DNA from: Candidatus Bathyarchaeota archaeon
GTDB taxonomy: Archaea > Thermoproteota > Bathyarchaeia > Bathyarchaeales > Bathycorpusculaceae
Assembly (NCBI GenBank): GCA_963833575.1
Contig: CAWHXY010000004.1
Coordinates: 864,001 to 928,000, forward strand
Length of the DNA: 64,000 nucleotides
Reading direction: 5' to 3'
Part shown: positions 58,660 to 64,000 of the stretch, in pieces
How the letters are laid out: each line of letters opens with the position of its first letter
Position numbering within the stretch: position 1 is the first letter of the stretch
Program-made: the position numbers and the translations under genes
Notes under the pieces: generated by a model
Database searches by the model: none
Told to the model about the DNA's origin: nothing
What the model saw: only the letters and a program-made list of their open reading frames with translations

Positions 58660-59112
58660 TTGTCAGTTGTTTTGGATGAATTGGACAAGAAAATCCTTCA
58701 TGAAATTTGCAGCGGAATTCATTCTTATGATGATTTGGCTAAAACACTAAATGTGACTAGAGGAACGGTCTATAGAAGAATAGAAAAGCTGGAAAAAACC
58801 AATGTCATCGAAAAGAAAATTATGGCAATACCAAACTTTGCAGTCCTCAATCTCTCCGCCATAATTTTGGGCATGGAGTTGGCTTACGATGACACTGAAG
58901 AAGTGACGGAAGCTCTCAAGCAACTGCCACATACTAAGCTTCTTTGGAAGTGCTATGGCGCTACTAATTTAGTTGCAGTTCTGAATTGCGAAAAAGGCTG
59001 TGAGGGAGAAACGATAACTAATCTGCGCCAGCTTCTCTCAAAGCTTAGAATTAGCGCAGTCCATGTATCTGTCGGCTTCGAGTGGGCGAAAATAGAAATT
59101 TCGCCATATTGA
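58660..59112 (+). CDS. Lrp/AsnC family regulator
   Basis: LDELDKKIL...LAKTLNVTRGTVYRRIEKLE; GAGGT RBS. Confidence 0.88.
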   Translation: MSVVLDELDKKILHEICSGIHSYDDLAKTLNVTRGTVYRRIEKLEKTNVIEKKIMAIPNFAVLNLSAIILGMELAYDDTEEVTEALKQLPHTKLLWKCYGATNLVAVLNCEKGCEGETITNLRQLLSKLRISAVHVSVGFEWAKIEISPY

Positions 59113-59239
59113 AGAACTCTGGTTTTGGGCATGGTATTCCTAATTGAACATGTTTGCTGGAAAGTCGTAAATGAGCGCCAGAATTGTTAACTGAAACTTT
59201 TTAAGTGCCTGTAAATCAGAGTTTTTAGGGTGATAAAAA

Positions 59240-59359
59240 ATGTCTAGCGAAATGGATAAAATTAAGAAGAAGGTTGAAGAACTTGAAGCGACTGTTAAAA
59301 AGCATACCTCTGCAGCGAAACATACGGATAAGAAAAGGCTTGACGATTTAGACACCTGA
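59240..59359 (+). CDS. Small basic coiled-coil ORF, possibly decayed
   Basis: GGGTGA RBS; MSSEMDKIKKKVEELEATVKKHTSAAKHTDKKRLDDLDT. Confidence 0.45.
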   Translation: MSSEMDKIKKKVEELEATVKKHTSAAKHTDKKRLDDLDT

Positions 59360-59662
59360 TTAAAGACGTAAGAGGAAAAAACCAAGAATAAACTATAATT
59401 TTGTTGAAGCAATTTTTTTTCTATCAAGCCTTTTTTCTTGTATGAAAATTTAGTTCTTGAAGTGTCGTTCGCAAAGCTGTTTCCTAATTGTTCAAAAAAG
59501 GTTAAAATTCACCTTTTCCAAAAAGAATCTGAGAAGGAAATGCTTTTGCCAGTGTTTTTTACGGTTGATTGCTGATTTTTCATGTTAATGTTTTTGGCTC
59601 AATAAGCTAACCCATCTGCATTTATTAGTATATTCTTTATTTATCGCTTTAGCTGGTATCCA

Positions 59663-60385
59663 ATGATTGTTCCAATTGATATTGAACTGGTCGCAAAAAA
59701 CGCAAATAGAGTCACTAAAAGGGGAGACGTTATCATCACAATTGATGTTGTCAGAGCTACCACCAGCATCATTGCCTCATTAGCTAATGGAGCCAAAACG
59801 GTAATTCCGGTTCAAACCCTAAAAGAAGCAAAAAAAATACGCAAAGAAAACCCTAATTACCTGCTTGCTGGAGAACGGAAAGGTATCAAACCAGAAGGAT
59901 TTGATCTTGATAACTCACCTATGTCATTATCCAAAGAAAATGTGGAAAACAAAAATCTTATTATGACTACAACTAATGGAACACGAGCTTTAGTACAATC
60001 GAAGGGGTCAAAATGGGTTTTTGTTGGGGCTTTTGTGAATGCTACTGCGGTTGCTCAGAAGAGCATTGGGATAGCAAGCGAGCATGAGGTTGGTATTTCC
60101 TTTGTTCTCGCTGGTCAAGAAAACCATTTTGCGTTGGAGGATTTTATTTGTGCTGGTGGAATAATTAAGACGCTTGCAGAGAACACTGTTGAGTTTTCCG
60201 ACAAGGCATTAGGAGCACTCTTAGCTTTTAAAGGAGCCAAAAATAACCTGCATGAGAATATATGCAAAAGCAAACATGCTCAAGAACTGATGAAAATTGG
60301 GTTTGCCAAGGACATAGAGTTCGCTTGCCAATTAGACCTCTATAATATAGTACCCTTCTATCAAAATGGAGTTATACGGATTTGA
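59663..60385 (+). CDS. comB: 2-phosphosulfolactate phosphatase family protein
   Basis: IDVVRATTSI, AGER.G, FDLDNSP, TTTNGT, LEDFICAG. Confidence 0.9.
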   Translation: MIVPIDIELVAKNANRVTKRGDVIITIDVVRATTSIIASLANGAKTVIPVQTLKEAKKIRKENPNYLLAGERKGIKPEGFDLDNSPMSLSKENVENKNLIMTTTNGTRALVQSKGSKWVFVGAFVNATAVAQKSIGIASEHEVGISFVLAGQENHFALEDFICAGGIIKTLAENTVEFSDKALGALLAFKGAKNNLHENICKSKHAQELMKIGFAKDIEFACQLDLYNIVPFYQNGVIRI

Positions 60386-60499
60386 TCAGTAGTATTCGGT
60401 TAAATGCATTCAAATCATAATTAGCTAACAAATATTATAAAAAAACGTTTTTGCACAATTTAACGCCATGGCTTATTGTTAGTCGAAGTCTGCTCTTTT

Positions 60500-60850
60500 T
60501 AGAACAGAAATTTTCCTGCGAAGACAACCAGAAAACCTCTGTAATCATGCACGCTGTTGGCAAAGCTGCTATTCGGCTACAAGAACAAGTGCTAATGAAG
60601 CTGCCATCCCCGTATTTTTGTAAGTACTGGACAAAGTTGCTGAAACAGCCCTTTTTTGGTCTACTCCATTCTTAAGGATGATAAGGCGGAAGATAATGCC
60701 AACACCGAAAGTTCTAACGACAGCGAGAGCTACTATGATTGCTATGATGACTCCGGCTGAAAATATCATTTCTCTGTTTTCGCCTATCACGGCTATAACT
60801 AGAATGGCAAAGCAAGATGTTGATAAGCATATTGCGTATATCGTTAGAAG
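60500..60850 (-). pseudogene. Fragment of a bile acid:Na+ symporter (BASS/BART) family gene
   Basis: C-terminal motif TYKNTGMAASLAL; continues in another frame as IAALPTACMITEVFW; no N-terminal half; boundaries approximate. Confidence 0.55.
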
Positions 60851-61062
60851 TTAGAAAACGTTCCCTGCTAATGTACACTTGTCCCAACGACTATCTGATC
60901 AGTTATTAAGAAGCTACTTGGCATTACCTCGTTTAAATGCCAGGGACAAAGCGACGCGCGATTACTATTCGCAGTGGAGTACAATCTCTTTCTCCGCTAC
61001 TCGTCAGACGCCAGAAGCAACGCCGCGATCTCCTATCGCCAAGCATAACGCAGTTGCCGGTT

Positions 61063-61746
61063 TTAGCTTTTCGCTTGATCTTTTTCTAGCCGTCGCCTGT
61101 GCATTCTTGCCACCCAGACTAAAACCAAAGGAACCACCCAAATCAAGAATCGAATCGGGATTCCATTAATCTGGAGCACCCAAAATATTGGAATGGCTGA
61201 AACGAAGAAAAAGGCAGCGGAGAACAACCACACGTTTCTTTCTGATCTAAACGTCTCATTTAGGTCCATTGCAACTAGTTTTCTGTCTTTCGTTGCAATC
61301 TCGTTGCAGAAAAGCCCCAGCATTAGCATCATTCCGCCGACATCCAAAGCGAAAAGAGCGGATGCTGTGTCAAGAAAAGCGGAGGTTTCAACGCCTGCGA
61401 AAGGTCTTTGAAGCAAGTTGAACAGGAATGGCTCAATAGCCACGCAAAACAGGAGCAGAACATTCGCAAAAGTGGTTCTACGTCTTTCCAGCGGTAGCAC
61501 CGACATAATCCGAGTATAACGGAGCCAAATCGAAATGAGAATGTAGAAGCTAACTGCAAAAGTCCCAACGTCCTGATATATTGCCGGGCTCGTTTGTGGC
61601 GGGTTATCAACGAGAGTGATTGCCCCGATGGATAACGCGAGTCCAAACAATAGATCCGAAAGACCCTCAATCCTAGGTTTAGGCTTGGGCGGTTCAAGCT
61701 TCTCATTCTCAGACAGACTGACACCAAATAATCTGGGGACTCGCAC
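61063..61746 (-). CDS. TMEM175 (DUF1211) family K+ channel
   Basis: RIEGLSDLLFGLALSI signature, SF..L...W, about 6 TM segments. Confidence 0.85.
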   Translation of the reverse strand: MRVPRLFGVSLSENEKLEPPKPKPRIEGLSDLLFGLALSIGAITLVDNPPQTSPAIYQDVGTFAVSFYILISIWLRYTRIMSVLPLERRRTTFANVLLLFCVAIEPFLFNLLQRPFAGVETSAFLDTASALFALDVGGMMLMLGLFCNEIATKDRKLVAMDLNETFRSERNVWLFSAAFFFVSAIPIFWVLQINGIPIRFLIWVVPLVLVWVARMHRRRLEKDQAKS

Positions 61747-61944
61747 TTATATCAAAATTGTGCCCGCCTGCATGGGTGACCGTTAAGGTCTTCCCAAAAA
61801 CAGGAAGGCCATATAAATACAAGCGGCTTGAAAATTATTTAAAATTTTTTCGTAATAGTTTTGAATGGAAATTAAGAGCAAGCTTGACTGCTCATATGGG
61901 AATAATTCCCCTTCTTCTTAACTATTTAGAAACAACCACATGCG

Positions 61945-62697
61945 TTATGTTGGGTTGCACGGTTTTCCTTTGTCCCAGTAGTAAAGGAAAAGTTCCCTTG
62001 CCCAGTTCACGAACATTTGGTCTTTGCCGTAGAATGCAGCGTAGTCCATTCTTCCTTCGGTTGAAGGCAGACATATTAAGGCTTCTTTTTCTGTGCAAAC
62101 TATTGTTATTGGGGCGTCGGTGAGAGTTCTTATTTCAATATGTGGGACTTCTCCAGAAACATGATTGAAGTTGGGAAGCCTGCTTTCGCAGCCCATGAAT
62201 CTGAATTTGACTCCTTTGGAGATTGGGCCCGTCATCGCTGGACCTAACGATTCTAGGAGTTTTTCGCCCATAGCCCACGCATACGTCTCGGCTTCGCTAA
62301 ACATGTCACCCGCTTTGTTCATGTTTTCAATTGCGTCCATACTCAGCGTGCTCCTTGATAGCTCGCCTATCCTGTTAACAAACTGGTATGGAAGTCGCCA
62401 AACGTCGTGATTTAAAAAGTACTCTTTGTGCTCGAAGGTAAATTCGAGTGATTGAAGAAGCTGCAGAGTTAATTTACCGTAGTTTGTAATTGCGTACGTT
62501 CCATCAGGGAGTCTCTGAACTATAAGTGTCTCGGTTAGGTGTTGTAGCTGTCTGAAAGCTTCAGTGGCTGTTAGATCCAGCTTTCCGGCTAACTCGTTGT
62601 TTTTGAGATTTCGATCTTTGAGTTCGCGTATTATGCTAAGCCTGCTTTCACTTGCAAGATCAAAAAACAGTTTTTCTATTCCTTCATTTTTTTCCAA
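61945..62697 (-). CDS. Winged-helix regulator with C-terminal effector domain (COG4742-like)
   Basis: LASESRL.II..L, G.Y.ITNYG, F..HD...LP, WARELF.YYW. Confidence 0.82.
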   Translation of the reverse strand: MEKNEGIEKLFFDLASESRLSIIRELKDRNLKNNELAGKLDLTATEAFRQLQHLTETLIVQRLPDGTYAITNYGKLTLQLLQSLEFTFEHKEYFLNHDVWRLPYQFVNRIGELSRSTLSMDAIENMNKAGDMFSEAETYAWAMGEKLLESLGPAMTGPISKGVKFRFMGCESRLPNFNHVSGEVPHIEIRTLTDAPITIVCTEKEALICLPSTEGRMDYAAFYGKDQMFVNWARELFLYYWDKGKPCNPT

Positions 62698-62805
62698 GCT
62701 GCCTCACCGATGTTAACGCGTATACACTGCTGTAAACGAGTACACATGCCCGTCAAATAAAACTAATGGGTATTGCGACCTATTTGTATTTTGAAGGAAG
62801 CAAAA

Positions 62806-63822
62806 ATGGCGAATGAGTCGATAATCGAAGTTAAACACCTTACAAAAATGTTCAACAAGTTCACAGCTGTAGACGACATATCATTTGATGTAAAAAAAGG
62901 CGAAATCTTCGGGTTACTGGGACCTAACGGAGCAGGCAAAAGCACAACTCTGCGTATGCTCTCCACCTTAGCCAGACCCACAAAAGGAACGGCAACAATA
63001 GCAGGCTACGATATCGTTAAAGACGATACAAAAGTACGCCAGCTCATCGGCATTGTATCCGAAAAAATGATAATGTACAATCGCCTAACCGCCAGAGAAA
63101 ACCTCTGGTTCTTCGGTTGCCTCTTTGACATCCCCAAAGAAGTCTTAACCAAACGTATTGATGAACTTTTAGATATGGTACAACTGACGAAGTGGAAGAA
63201 TTCCCAAGTGGGTACGTTTTCGACTGGCATGCGCCAAAGAATGAATGTAATTCGTGCGCTACTTAACACGCCTCAGGTGCTCTATTTAGATGAACCCACA
63301 TTAGGCTTAGATCCTCAATCTTCCGTTGAAATTAGAGAATTTGTAAAAAAAATGAATCGGGAAAATGGCACAACTGTTGTTTTAACTACACACATGATGG
63401 TTGACGCTGATTTAATGTGTAACCGCATAGCCATCGTTGACCACGGAAAAGTCGTGGCGCTGGATACTTCAGCCAACTTGAAAAAAACAATCTCAGGAAC
63501 AGACACACCCATAGTGAAACTTGTCATACCAAACCTATCTTCAACTCTGGTAGAAAAACTTCAGGCGCTCAAATGCGCGGACGCTGTAACCCAAGAGAGT
63601 CAGATCGAACTTAAGTTTTTGGTTCATGGAGATGACGCGTTAGATAACATTATTGATGCCACAAGAGCAAACGGCGGAAAAATAAGCTCCATGGAAAATC
63701 TTCAACCAACCCTTGAGGATGTATTTCTCCACATTACAGGTCATCAGGTACGTGATAGTGCAGACCAGAAAATTCCAATGGCGAATAGTCGTTTTGGGGC
63801 GCCGCAAGGGAGAATCAGGTGA
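62806..63822 (+). CDS. ABC-2 (DrrA-like) exporter ATP-binding subunit
   Basis: GPNGAGKST, FSTGMRQR, LDEPTLGLDP, TTH, PTLEDVF. Confidence 0.93.
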   Translation: MANESIIEVKHLTKMFNKFTAVDDISFDVKKGEIFGLLGPNGAGKSTTLRMLSTLARPTKGTATIAGYDIVKDDTKVRQLIGIVSEKMIMYNRLTARENLWFFGCLFDIPKEVLTKRIDELLDMVQLTKWKNSQVGTFSTGMRQRMNVIRALLNTPQVLYLDEPTLGLDPQSSVEIREFVKKMNRENGTTVVLTTHMMVDADLMCNRIAIVDHGKVVALDTSANLKKTISGTDTPIVKLVIPNLSSTLVEKLQALKCADAVTQESQIELKFLVHGDDALDNIIDATRANGGKISSMENLQPTLEDVFLHITGHQVRDSADQKIPMANSRFGAPQGRIR

Positions 63823-64000
63823 GCAACATGGCCGCAAAAGATCTTTCACACTCTCTCAGAATTGCTTGGAAAGACCTAACTGACCTGTTCAGAAATCACT
63901 TGGGCATGGTTCTGCTAATCTTGATGCCGCTGTTTATGATGGTTATGGTTAGTTTGATTTATCCATCCACAGGCACAGTGACTAACCTACAAGTTGGACT
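63819..64000 (+). CDS. ABC-2 exporter permease, partial
   Basis: GTGA overlap with the ATPase stop; IAWKDLTDLFRN..GMVLLILMPLFMM. Confidence 0.82.
   Translation, partial: MSNMAAKDLSHSLRIAWKDLTDLFRNHLGMVLLILMPLFMMVMVSLIYPSTGTVTNLQVG

Overview
Archaeal chromosomal segment, most consistent with Bathyarchaeia. This assignment is an inference from the archaeal cdhABCDE cluster, mer, cofC/cofE, TrmB paralogs, PQQ-repeat surface protein, DUF5752 and frequent TTG/GTG starts. In order, the window holds: cysE/cysK; tRNA-Leu(GAG) followed by a ~3.4 kb TrmB/secreted-protein cassette that ends in a degenerate copy of the tRNA 3' end; argS; two deoxyhypusine-synthase paralogs; an RLAN/RimK/GCS2 ligase module; an F420/H4MPT cluster (cofE, ACD-GNAT, mer, cofC, two npdG); two 10-bp-phased non-coding repeat arrays; a pH/metal/redox stress block (NhaP, P3A H+-ATPase, ClC, CopA, Trx, ArsC); the complete cooC-cooC-cdhABCDE operon; and regulators and transporters. 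The strongest candidate for an uncharacterised system is a three-gene HydC/HydB-like (NuoE/NuoF) operon at 23078-26954. Its third subunit is a HydA/NuoG-type Fe-S wire fused to an F420-binding FrhB domain, suggesting a hydrogenase-less, possibly electron-bifurcating F420H2:NAD(P)+/ferredoxin oxidoreductase with an atypical nucleotide pocket. All calls come from motif recognition by eye; no searches were run.
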